Shown: in pieces, positions 20,494 through 29,340 of the stretch
Layout of the letters: every line of letters starts with the position of its first letter
Position numbering within the stretch: position 1 is the stretch's first letter
Origin: Candidatus Kapaibacterium sp.
GTDB taxonomy: Bacteria; Bacteroidota; Ignavibacteria; Kapaibacteriales; UBA2268
Length of the DNA: 64,000 bases
Direction: 5' to 3'
Assembly: GCA_963664875.1 (NCBI GenBank)
Contig: OY761611.1
Span: 128,001-192,000 of the forward strand
Made by a program: the position numbers and the translations under genes
Notes under the pieces: generated by a model
What the model saw: only the letters and a program-made list of their open reading frames with translations
Told to the model about the DNA's origin: nothing
The model's database searches: none

Positions 20494-21510
20494 ATGAAAA
20501 AATACGAACTTTTAGGCAATAAGCCTACTCGCCATGGTTTTGGTGAAGGATTAGTAGCTCTTGGCGAAAAGCATGATAACGTAGTTGTGCTTGGTGGTGA
20601 TATCACCGGCTCTGTAATGACTTCACTTTTCAAGGACAAGTTTCCTGAAAGATTTTTCTCTTTAGGCATTGCCGAACAGAACGCAACAACAGTTGCTGCC
20701 GGCATGGCATTGTCTGGAAAAATTCCTTTTTTCTCAAGCTATAGTGCATTTGCAGCATTTCGAAATGCCGACCAGTTGCGTGTTTCTGTATGCTACAACA
20801 ACGCAAATGTAAAAATTGGCGGTGGTCACTCAGGTATCACAGTTGGTCCTGATGGTGCAACTCACCAATCTTTGGAAGAAGTTGCATTGCTCAGAGCTTT
20901 GCCTAATATGACATTGGTTGTTCCTGCGGACTTTGAAGAAGCTAAAAAAGCAACAATAGCTGTAGGTGAGATGTTTGGTCCTGCATATATAAGATTTGGA
21001 AGACCAAATGTGCCGATGTTTACTGATGAAAATTCTGAATTTGTAATCGGTAAAGCTAATGTTTTGACTGAAGGTAATGATGTAGCTATCGTAGCTGCCG
21101 GTCTTATGGTTTGGGAAGCTCTTCTTGCTGCTGAGCAGTTGGAGAAAAACCATGGAATCAAAGCACGAGTAATCAATAATCACACTATCAAGCCTATCGA
21201 TATAGAAACTATTACAATAGCCGCAAGAGAATGTGGCGCAATTGTTACTGCAGAAGAACATCAGGTTTATGGTGGTCTTGGTGGTGCTGTCGCAGAAGTA
21301 GTTGTAAAAAATGCTCCTGTACCTATGGAATTTGTAGGTATGCCTGACATCTTTGGTGCAAGCGGTGAACCTGAAGAATTATTAGAAAAATTTGGTTTCA
21401 CCTGGAAAGCTATTTATGCATCTGCACTAAAAGCAATAGAAAGAAAAGAAAAATCGACTAACGACATTAGAAAAGTTACTGATATTCCAAAATATTTTGA
21501 AAATATGTAA
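20494..21510 (+). CDS. Transketolase, C-terminal subunit
   Basis: GIAEQN, GPDGATHQ, TIKPID, TAEEH..GGLG. Confidence 0.95.
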   Translation: MKKYELLGNKPTRHGFGEGLVALGEKHDNVVVLGGDITGSVMTSLFKDKFPERFFSLGIAEQNATTVAAGMALSGKIPFFSSYSAFAAFRNADQLRVSVCYNNANVKIGGGHSGITVGPDGATHQSLEEVALLRALPNMTLVVPADFEEAKKATIAVGEMFGPAYIRFGRPNVPMFTDENSEFVIGKANVLTEGNDVAIVAAGLMVWEALLAAEQLEKNHGIKARVINNHTIKPIDIETITIAARECGAIVTAEEHQVYGGLGGAVAEVVVKNAPVPMEFVGMPDIFGASGEPEELLEKFGFTWKAIYASALKAIERKEKSTNDIRKVTDIPKYFENM

Positions 21511-21616
21511 AAAAATCAGTAATTTTTAGAAGGTTTGGCTGTCAGTTTAGCATCGCTGTTGTCGCAGTTTTGTTATTAGTGACAGCCTTTTGTTTATAAA
21601 ATTACGAGGATACACA

Positions 21617-23113
21617 ATGCGAAAAATGCTACTTTCTTTCGGATTAATATTATCTTTATTGATAGCCTGCTCTACAGAATCAACGATAGGTAGTGAGGTA
21701 GAGGTCAGAAAAATGACTATGCAGGGAGAGTATTATCCTGCTGACATTGATTCTTTGTCTAATCTGATAGATAGATTTGCCGATACTACAACTATGGGCA
21801 CTAACGGTATGCAGGGCTATTTCCTGCATTATATAAGCGTTCCTCATGGCAAAATGGATTTTACTTTCCAGAATGCTAAAGATGCCCTTAGATCTATCAC
21901 CGGATATGATTTTGAAACATTTATTTTTATTGCTGACTGCAACAAAGACGAAAATCTTAGTGATTTTAATATCTATGCCGGCTCAGGCTACGAATCTATG
22001 TATGGTACGATTCATACTGATACTGTACTTCAAAATATTCTTGGCAAAAAATTTCCGGATAATTTTAATACAGAGTTCCAAAACAATCAGAAATACAACA
22101 GATTCGAACCTTATGTGAATTTGATAGGCAAGTTAGTACCTCATAAAAAAATATTACCAATTATTGTCGGTAAAACTGATAATTACACTATTGCTAATCT
22201 TGCAAAAGAAATCAATCAAGCTATTATTGATACTAAAAAGAATGTATTGACTGTATTGGTTACTAATTTGTCAGAAGGCATCAAACACACTGAAGCTCGC
22301 GAAAAAGATGTGCCATTGATTCAGACCTTAGAAGAAGGAAACAGTTTTGATTTATTCCGTAGAAATCTTAAAGACTACGACAATGAATTGAAGGCTTACA
22401 GACTTGCTACTGCTTTGGCTAATTATGGCGGAGCTAATATCATGATGCCATATCTTTACAATACATCTTTTAACGTCTATGAACAAGCGGCAGAGTTTAA
22501 AAATGTGAAAGCGTATTTGTCTTCCATTTGCTACAGAGATCCGCAACTTGCTTATTATGCTTTTTCTCCTTTGAAATCTATGACTGATATGAATGAATTT
22601 GCAGACTCAGTCGAAGCCTCATTCAAATTAGGTCTAAAAGGACAGAATTTGAGTAATATTACTATTGTAACAAAAGCGTTTTTAAAATCTTATCCTGCTT
22701 ATTTTGCAGCATGGGATAATGGAGAACTTGTTGCATCCAACGGCAACTTAAGCGGTGGGTTGAATCTAATGTATAACGGAAAGAAAAGTGCTTACGATGC
22801 GGGACTAAACAATCCGAAAGCTAAAGAGCTTTTAGAAAAATATGACAAGTTGCATATCCAGATGCTTATTTGCAATTTTCCTGTTCTAATTACATCATTC
22901 CCAAAAGAAGGTAAGTTCAGCAAAGTAGGATTTGGTGTGAAGACAGATGACAAAGAGATAGCCATTATTCCGGGAATAGATTTTGATCCAAAATTGCCTG
23001 CAGTAGAAATAGAAAAGATATTATACAAAAAAGCAGGCATCAGCAAAGATGATAAGCATCTGCTTTATAGCTTTAGTATCTTTATTTTAGAGAAAAACTC
23101 TCCTAATGAATAG
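21617..23113 (+). CDS. Lipoprotein: degenerate Memo (AmmeMemoRadiSam B)-AMMECR1 (A) fusion
   Basis: Lipobox LIAC. VRKMTMQGEYYPAD and ISVPHG resemble the Memo N-terminus, followed by KILPIIVG. C-terminal part parallels AMMECR1 (NGELVASNG, IAIIPG, KKAG). Confidence 0.6.
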   Translation: MRKMLLSFGLILSLLIACSTESTIGSEVEVRKMTMQGEYYPADIDSLSNLIDRFADTTTMGTNGMQGYFLHYISVPHGKMDFTFQNAKDALRSITGYDFETFIFIADCNKDENLSDFNIYAGSGYESMYGTIHTDTVLQNILGKKFPDNFNTEFQNNQKYNRFEPYVNLIGKLVPHKKILPIIVGKTDNYTIANLAKEINQAIIDTKKNVLTVLVTNLSEGIKHTEAREKDVPLIQTLEEGNSFDLFRRNLKDYDNELKAYRLATALANYGGANIMMPYLYNTSFNVYEQAAEFKNVKAYLSSICYRDPQLAYYAFSPLKSMTDMNEFADSVEASFKLGLKGQNLSNITIVTKAFLKSYPAYFAAWDNGELVASNGNLSGGLNLMYNGKKSAYDAGLNNPKAKELLEKYDKLHIQMLICNFPVLITSFPKEGKFSKVGFGVKTDDKEIAIIPGIDFDPKLPAVEIEKILYKKAGISKDDKHLLYSFSIFILEKNSPNE

Positions 23114-24584
23114 GAAACATATAGTGATAGAAATAAAAATTATAGACAAGATACAAATAGAAGAAGATATACTTAAGCTCATCGGTGAAATTGCCGATGA
23201 GCTTAAAGTTGAAGTTTATGCTGTCGGTGGGTACGTACGCGATTACTATTTGGACAGAGAACGAACTGATATAGATTGTACGGTAGTCGGTGATGCAATA
23301 CAATTTGCCCGGGCAGTTGCGAGTAAAACCAACTCAAAAGCCGTGATTTACGAAAGATTTAGAACTGCTTTGGTACCTATTGGAAAGTTTCACTGCGAAT
23401 TTGTAGGGACTCGAAAAGAAGAGTATCTTCCTGACTCGAGAAAACCTATTGTAGCAGAAGGGACTTTGCTGGACGATTTAAAAAGAAGAGATTTTACATG
23501 CAATGCATTGGCTGTATGTATCAATTATTCAAGATTGGGTGAAGTAATCGATGCCTTTTCAGGTTTGGAAGACTTAAAAGCAGGACTGCTTAAAACTCCC
23601 TTGGAACCGGAAATAACTTACTCCGATGATCCTCTAAGGATGATGAGAGCAGCAAGGTTTGCTTCGCAGTTGAACTTTGAGATTGATAAAGCTTCGCTGG
23701 AAGCAATATCAAAAATGGCAGACAGGATAAAAATTATTTCACAGGAGAGGATAAGCGAAGAGTTCCTCAAAATAATGAAATCGCCGAAGCCATCAGTTGG
23801 TATTGACATATTATACAAAACCGGCTTATTGCAGTATGTATTCCCTGAGATTCATAACCTTGCCGGTGTTGACATAGTAGAAGGTAATGAAAAAGCTTAC
23901 GGACACAAAGATGTTTATCTTCATACTTTGAAAGTATTAGATAACATTGCTCCCTTTACAGATAACGTTTGGTTGAGACTTGCTACGCTTTTGCATGATG
24001 TGGCAAAACCTGCCACCAAAAAGTTTATCAAAGGAACCGGTTGGACTTTTCACGGGCATGAAGAGATTGGAGCAAGATGGATAAAAAAAATATTTAAAAG
24101 GATGAAATTGCCATTTGAATATATGCCGTACGTAGAAAAATTAGTCAGATTGCACCAACGTCCAATGGTTTTAGTAGATGACGGAGTTACCGACTCTGCT
24201 GTTCGTAGATTAGCTGTTGCCGCCGACGAAGCATTAGAAGATTTGTTTATGCTTTGCAGGGCAGATATAACAACTAAAAACGAGCATAAAGAAAAGAAAT
24301 ATTTACAAAACTACGAAGTAGTTTTCCAAAAAATACTTGAAGTGCAGGAAAAGGATAAACTGCGTGCTTTTCAGTCTCCTGTCAGGGGCGAGGAGATTAT
24401 GGAATATTGCAGCTTAGAACCTTCTCGTGCGGTTGGAATTATCAAACATAATATAGAAGAAGCTATACTCGAAGGTATAATTCCGAATGAATACGAAGAT
24501 GCTAAGAAATACTTTGTAGATAATGTTGATAGCTGGCTGGCAGAGATGCCACCCGAATATCTCAATAGATCAGTGAAAAAGTAA
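23106..24584 (+). CDS. cca: CCA tRNA nucleotidyltransferase / poly(A) polymerase family with HD domain
   Basis: VGGYVRD, DID, DLKRRDFTCNA, DDPLRMMRAARF, LLHDVAK. Confidence 0.92.
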   Translation: MNRKHIVIEIKIIDKIQIEEDILKLIGEIADELKVEVYAVGGYVRDYYLDRERTDIDCTVVGDAIQFARAVASKTNSKAVIYERFRTALVPIGKFHCEFVGTRKEEYLPDSRKPIVAEGTLLDDLKRRDFTCNALAVCINYSRLGEVIDAFSGLEDLKAGLLKTPLEPEITYSDDPLRMMRAARFASQLNFEIDKASLEAISKMADRIKIISQERISEEFLKIMKSPKPSVGIDILYKTGLLQYVFPEIHNLAGVDIVEGNEKAYGHKDVYLHTLKVLDNIAPFTDNVWLRLATLLHDVAKPATKKFIKGTGWTFHGHEEIGARWIKKIFKRMKLPFEYMPYVEKLVRLHQRPMVLVDDGVTDSAVRRLAVAADEALEDLFMLCRADITTKNEHKEKKYLQNYEVVFQKILEVQEKDKLRAFQSPVRGEEIMEYCSLEPSRAVGIIKHNIEEAILEGIIPNEYEDAKKYFVDNVDSWLAEMPPEYLNRSVKK

Positions 24585-24593
24585 AAAAAGAGG

Positions 24594-24625
24594 ACTCTAA
24601 GTACTAAATACTTAGAGTTTTTTTT
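24594..24625 (+). terminator. Intrinsic terminator
   Basis: ACTCTAAGTA-ctaaa-TACTTAGAGT followed by a long T-run. Confidence 0.75.
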
Positions 24626-24776
24626 ATGAAAATTTATTATATTATCCTGAATATGCAATACGAAGATGCTTTTCAAATGTATTGTCCTAAATATTATATT
24701 TTATTAGTTAGCGACAGTTGTGCTGAAAAGAAACAGTATTGCTTTTGATTTTAAAGGATAACAGTAACCGGATAAG

Positions 24777-25694
24777 ATGAATTTTAATACAGAACAATTA
24801 ATAGCTCTTAGCAAAGCCGATGGTGGCAGTCTTGGAGTTAGTAGCTTAGAAGAGGCTTATGATTTCTGCAGGAAAATTGCCCTTGGGCATTACGAAAATT
24901 TCCCTGTGGGGAGTGTATTGATACCTAAACATCTAAGAAACTATTTTTACTCGATTTATGCTTTTTCACGGCTTGCCGATGATCTTGGGGACGAACTGTC
25001 GATGGTCTCCAAGCCTCTTGCTTTAGAATCTTTAGAGCAATTGAATTTATTGGTTTTGAATTACAAGGCTGAAGATACCGGCAAAAAAAATCCTATAATG
25101 TATGCACTAAAGCATACAATGTATAAGAAAGAAATCCCAACGGAACCATTTGAAAAGCTAATTAGAGCGTTTAAACAAGATGTATTGTTTATACCACCTA
25201 AAACTATGGCTGATAACTACGAGTATTGCAAGTATTCAGCAAATCCTGTTGGAGAACTTGTTCTGAGGTTATTTGACAATTACAATGAGAAGACAGCGAA
25301 ATATTCTGATTTAATTTGTACCGGACTGCAATTAGCCAATTTTTGGCAGGATATATCTGTGGACAGAAACAAGGGTAGAATCTATATTCCGTCTGTAATA
25401 ATGGATAAATATGGTATCAAGCCGGAAAAATTATATGAAGCAGAACAATCGCAGGTTGACTTGTTAATCTCTGAGCTTTGCGAACATACAGAGCAGCTTT
25501 TTTCTGAAGGCAAAAACCTGCTTCCTTTAGTTAAAAATTACAGATTAAGACTGGAATTGATGCTTATAATTGAAGGTGGAAAACGAATTCTTCAAAAATC
25601 ACAAAAATTAAAATCAAAATTGTTATCTTTACGTCCGAAACTTAGTAAAATCGATTTTCCGATTATACTTTTTGGGGCATTATTTAAGCATTAG
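24777..25694 (+). CDS. hpnC: Squalene synthase HpnC (hydroxysqualene synthase)
   Basis: HYENFPVGS, IYAFSRLADDLGD, YSANPVG, LQLANFWQD. Confidence 0.88.
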   Translation: MNFNTEQLIALSKADGGSLGVSSLEEAYDFCRKIALGHYENFPVGSVLIPKHLRNYFYSIYAFSRLADDLGDELSMVSKPLALESLEQLNLLVLNYKAEDTGKKNPIMYALKHTMYKKEIPTEPFEKLIRAFKQDVLFIPPKTMADNYEYCKYSANPVGELVLRLFDNYNEKTAKYSDLICTGLQLANFWQDISVDRNKGRIYIPSVIMDKYGIKPEKLYEAEQSQVDLLISELCEHTEQLFSEGKNLLPLVKNYRLRLELMLIIEGGKRILQKSQKLKSKLLSLRPKLSKIDFPIILFGALFKH

Positions 25695-25707
25695 GGCGAA
25701 GAAACAG

Positions 25708-26610
25708 ATGGAAATAGTTACGCAGTTGCATTTGGCATATCATGAAAATGTACCACCACCGATAATAGAAAAATCTAATTTTCTATATTCATTCTCTTTC
25801 TTACCAAAAGAAGAAAGAGTAGCTATGCACTCAATTTACGCCTTTTGCAGCTACATAGACAGCATAGTTGACGAATCCCCTAATACTGACCCGAAAATCG
25901 TAGAAAAAAAGCTTAGAAGGCTCGAATGGTGGGAAAAAGAGTTAGAACTTATATACTCAGGTAATCTGGATAGTAAATATCTTAAACCATTCGAATATAT
26001 TGTCAAACGATTTTCTATCCCTAAACAATATTTTATTACTTTAATAAAAGGATGCCGTACAGATTTGCTTCGCAACACTTATGACACTTTCGAAGATTTG
26101 AAAGAGTATTGCTATGGAGTGGCAAGTATTGTCGGTTTGATTAGTATTGAAATATTCGGTTATAAGTACGAAGAGACCAAAAATTATGCAATAAATTTGG
26201 GCTATGCACTTCAACTAACAAATATTATGAGAGACATAAAGGTGGATAAAGACAGGGGGTATTTCTATTTACCTCAGGAAGATTTAGATGCCTTTTCGTA
26301 CTCTAGAGATGATATAATCAATGAAGTTTATAACGAAAACTTCGTGGAGCTGATGAGGTATCAGGCGAAAAGAGCCAGGCAGTATTATCACAATGCACGC
26401 ACAATGCTTCGTCCGGATGAAAAACCAACGATAGTTGCCGCAGAGATAATGGATGCAATCTATTATAGATTGTTGGAAAAAATAGAGCTAAACGATTTTA
26501 ATATTTATAAGAAAAAAATCAGAGTATCAAACGCTCACAAACTTATGACTGCTCTTAAGCACTGGCTTTCTGTCGGTATATTCATCTCGAGAATAAAAAA
26601 ACATCCATAA
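25708..26610 (+). CDS. hpnD: Presqualene diphosphate synthase HpnD
   Basis: SNFLYSFSFLP, IYAFC, YCYGVASIVG, LQLTNIMRD. Directly follows hpnC. Confidence 0.82.
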   Translation: MEIVTQLHLAYHENVPPPIIEKSNFLYSFSFLPKEERVAMHSIYAFCSYIDSIVDESPNTDPKIVEKKLRRLEWWEKELELIYSGNLDSKYLKPFEYIVKRFSIPKQYFITLIKGCRTDLLRNTYDTFEDLKEYCYGVASIVGLISIEIFGYKYEETKNYAINLGYALQLTNIMRDIKVDKDRGYFYLPQEDLDAFSYSRDDIINEVYNENFVELMRYQAKRARQYYHNARTMLRPDEKPTIVAAEIMDAIYYRLLEKIELNDFNIYKKKIRVSNAHKLMTALKHWLSVGIFISRIKKHP

Positions 26611-26655
26611 AATACTTTTAGTTTTTTTCAGGTCTTTATTGCAGGATTTGCAGGT

Positions 26656-27147
26656 ATGGAAAACAAAATTGAACAAGAAATAGTGTTTAATGCTCAAGAG
26701 TTAGAACAATTAGAGAAAATAAAAGCCAAATATCCTGAAACACAGGCAGCAATAATGCCTACTCTTTGGATGGCACAAAAGAAATTTGGTTGGTTATCCA
26801 AAGATGTTATGAAATATGTTGCTGAGCTATTAAATTTGTCATTTGCTCACGTTTATGGTGTAGCTACATTTTACACAATGTACTTCAAAAAGCCTATGGG
26901 GAAATACCATGTGCAGGTTTGTACAAATGTTTCTTGTATGTTGCGAGGTGGAGATGAGATATTTGTACACCTTAAAAATAAATTTGGCATTGGACATAAC
27001 GAGCGAACTGACGACGGCATATTTTCTTTAGAAGAAGTTGAGTGCATGGGAGCATGTGGCGGAGCACCAATGATTGCTGTAAATGAAGATTTTCACGAAA
27101 ATATGACTATTGAGCAGGTCGAAAGCCTGATAAATACCCTAAAATAG
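26656..27147 (+). CDS. nuoE: NADH-quinone oxidoreductase subunit E (2Fe-2S)
   Basis: VATFYTMY, CTNVSC, ECMGAC. Confidence 0.93.
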   Translation: MENKIEQEIVFNAQELEQLEKIKAKYPETQAAIMPTLWMAQKKFGWLSKDVMKYVAELLNLSFAHVYGVATFYTMYFKKPMGKYHVQVCTNVSCMLRGGDEIFVHLKNKFGIGHNERTDDGIFSLEEVECMGACGGAPMIAVNEDFHENMTIEQVESLINTLK

Positions 27148-27230
27148 AAATTTTCCTGATTTTTTTCTGTAACTTTTTTCCTATTTAGGGTTTATATATA
27201 TAAAGACCTTACACAAATTTGAAAATAGAA

Positions 27231-28094
27231 ATGTTCAGATTATTTAAAATAGGAAAAGTCTCTTTTATACTAACTTTGGTATTTGTGATAGCAAATACTT
27301 TGAATGTTGCAACAAGTGGTCTGTTTGAATCATATCTTTCATCCGGATCACTTGATTTTTTTGCAGGTTCGGACTACTGGAAAGCAATTAGCTATTTACT
27401 TATTCAGCCGGACGTTGCTTCATTCTTCCTTGTCCTTTTTACATTTACTTTGATAAGTCCATTTTTAGAAAATCTACTCTCATCAAAATACTTTGCAAAA
27501 CTGACTTTTATCTTTGCTCTGTTTCAGGGCATAGCTGTTCCTCTTTTCTTTTTTCTAATAAAAGATTATTCCAGCATTATTTCCGGTGCCGATGGTCTTG
27601 CTATCTTTGTACTCACGCTTTTCACTCTACTAAACCCCGGTTACTCAGTATCTGCCGGTAAATTGAATATAAAAACGCGTTTTTTGACAGTTACTACTAT
27701 ATTGACATGGCTTGCTGTAAAAACCCCATTATTGATAATGGGCAGCTGGTCATTGCTATTACCGACCCTTGTATTTGCAGTGTTGGGCGTAGCGGCAGGT
27801 GTAGTGTCTTATTTTGTTTTAAGAGAGGAACCAAAAGACGATATGTACATCAATTTTGATGACATAGACATTATTATGCCTAAAGTAGAAGAACTTAAAC
27901 CTGCTTTGATAGCTAAAGAAATGAAGAACAACAAAGAGTCTTTAGACTATGAGCATCACGTAGAATATACAAATAATCCTCGCGAAGATGAAGAAAGTCT
28001 AAACACGATACTGGATAAAATCAATGAGTTTGGAAAGGATTCACTAACAGCAGATGAAATGAACTTCTTAAAAGAGTATTCAAGTCATTTATAA
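27231..28094 (+). CDS. Rhomboid-like membrane protein (apparently inactive) with DUF6576-like C-terminus
   Basis: About 6 TM segments, GADG at the GxSG position, C-terminal ILDKINEFGKDSLTADE. Start could be TTG 27219. Confidence 0.65.
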   Translation: MFRLFKIGKVSFILTLVFVIANTLNVATSGLFESYLSSGSLDFFAGSDYWKAISYLLIQPDVASFFLVLFTFTLISPFLENLLSSKYFAKLTFIFALFQGIAVPLFFFLIKDYSSIISGADGLAIFVLTLFTLLNPGYSVSAGKLNIKTRFLTVTTILTWLAVKTPLLIMGSWSLLLPTLVFAVLGVAAGVVSYFVLREEPKDDMYINFDDIDIIMPKVEELKPALIAKEMKNNKESLDYEHHVEYTNNPREDEESLNTILDKINEFGKDSLTADEMNFLKEYSSHL

Positions 28095-28119
28095 ATAGAA
28101 TATTTACTCCACATGGTTA

Positions 28120-28162
28120 AAGAGTCTCAGGTAAGTTTATTTTGCTATATCTGAGGCTCTTT
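28120..28162 (+). terminator. Probable terminator hairpin
   Basis: AAGAGTCTCAG...CTGAGGCTCTT stem after the stop codon. Confidence 0.5.
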
Positions 28163-28245
28163 GCTTATTATTGAGTAAACAGAGCCCTGTAAGGGCGGCA
28201 AGACTTCCCTTTACAAGTGATATAAATAAGAGATTGGTGTTACTT

Positions 28246-28314
28246 TTTCCATTTCTTTTTCTTTTTTTTGCGATAAAAAAGAAAAAGAAACGGAAACCAA
28301 AGAAAAAGAAAAAA
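28246..28314. repeat. Pyrimidine/purine inverted repeat plus purine mirror repeat (potential intrastrand triplex)
   Basis: TTTCTTTTTCTTTTTT (28252-28267) is complementary to AAAAAAGAAAAAGAAA (28275-28290), which is mirrored exactly by AAAGAAAAAGAAAAAA (28299-28314). Confidence 0.85.
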
Positions 28315-28673
28315 GAACGCTTTGTCTCCTCTCCTCATCTAGTGTTTAAGCGTAAGAAGCACGTCTAATTAAGGAATTACTGAAAACAAATGTCTATATT
28401 ATGGAGTGCGATGCAATATATAGGCAATACACGGACTAATTACTATGATATTAGATATATTTTTTCGACTAAATGATATTTATAAAGAATAAAATAGACA
28501 AACAGTTAGCTTCTTTTTGCAACAAACGCAAGTTTGTATTAGGGATCTGGGTTGATGTCAAGGACTTATGTCTTTACCTCGACTTAAATTCTCATCAGAA
28601 AATCAAGAAAGTTATCAGAGTTTTTATAGTTCTAATAACAAACCCGAAGTAACCAAGTCCGATTCTATATTAC

Positions 28674-29339
28674 TTATTCTATGTTGTAGGGAAGAATGAA
28701 TGTTTCGGTAAACTGATTGCCCGGCTTGGCTATAATACAAACAAAGTAATTGACATAAGGAGTGCCATCCTTTCTGAAAATTGCAGCACCACATTCTACC
28801 AATGTAGAATTCCATGCAAATGACGAATCAATGCCAAGCAGATGCTTTCTATGACCGAGCGATTCTACGCCTTTATCAATAATTAGTTGGTCAATAAATT
28901 GCTTCCCTGAATAATTTGTGGTCGAATTGGCTGCTAAGGATTCGAAGTAGTTGTTTTCGGGTTTCGTGAGCCATGCAGGACTCATGGGATATCCTGCTTT
29001 GTCCATATAATAATTTATGCCATATCCATTGTTATCAACATGAGCAAAATATCTATTGTCAGCCAAATCTTTAGCCTTATCTTCAGCAACCTTTTGTAAG
29101 ACATCATTCCATTTTAGTTGATGTCTTGGCGTAACATAAGACAAATCAACACCAATACTTGTAGAAAACGCATTCGGGTTTTCTCTTACAAGATTCAGAT
29201 ATTCAAAAGCCGCAAATGCCTCTTCTTTGTCATAGATACCGGGTAAGCCCGGCTCTATCGGATCACTGTTGTAGTCTTTGCAGGAAAACAAAATAACTGA
29301 TATAAATATCAGTAGTATTAGTCTGTAATATCTTGACAT
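28674..29339 (-). CDS. CAP (SCP/PR-1) domain lipoprotein
   Basis: Lipobox LFSC, LNLVR, YFAH, ESLA, GHRKHLLG. Confidence 0.85.
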   Translation of the reverse strand: MSRYYRLILLIFISVILFSCKDYNSDPIEPGLPGIYDKEEAFAAFEYLNLVRENPNAFSTSIGVDLSYVTPRHQLKWNDVLQKVAEDKAKDLADNRYFAHVDNNGYGINYYMDKAGYPMSPAWLTKPENNYFESLAANSTTNYSGKQFIDQLIIDKGVESLGHRKHLLGIDSSFAWNSTLVECGAAIFRKDGTPYVNYFVCIIAKPGNQFTETFILPYNIE

Positions 29340-29340
29340 A

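Noticed and set aside
24777-26610. Tandem phytoene synthases (crtB)
   Set aside because: The HYENF motif in the first gene and SNF.Y.F.FLP in the second fit HpnC and HpnD, and no crtI or crtY is nearby.
28171-28368. 65-aa ORF with Phe and Lys runs
   Set aside because: It is simply the translation of the pyrimidine and purine tracts of the triplex-like repeat, with a TTG start and no SD.
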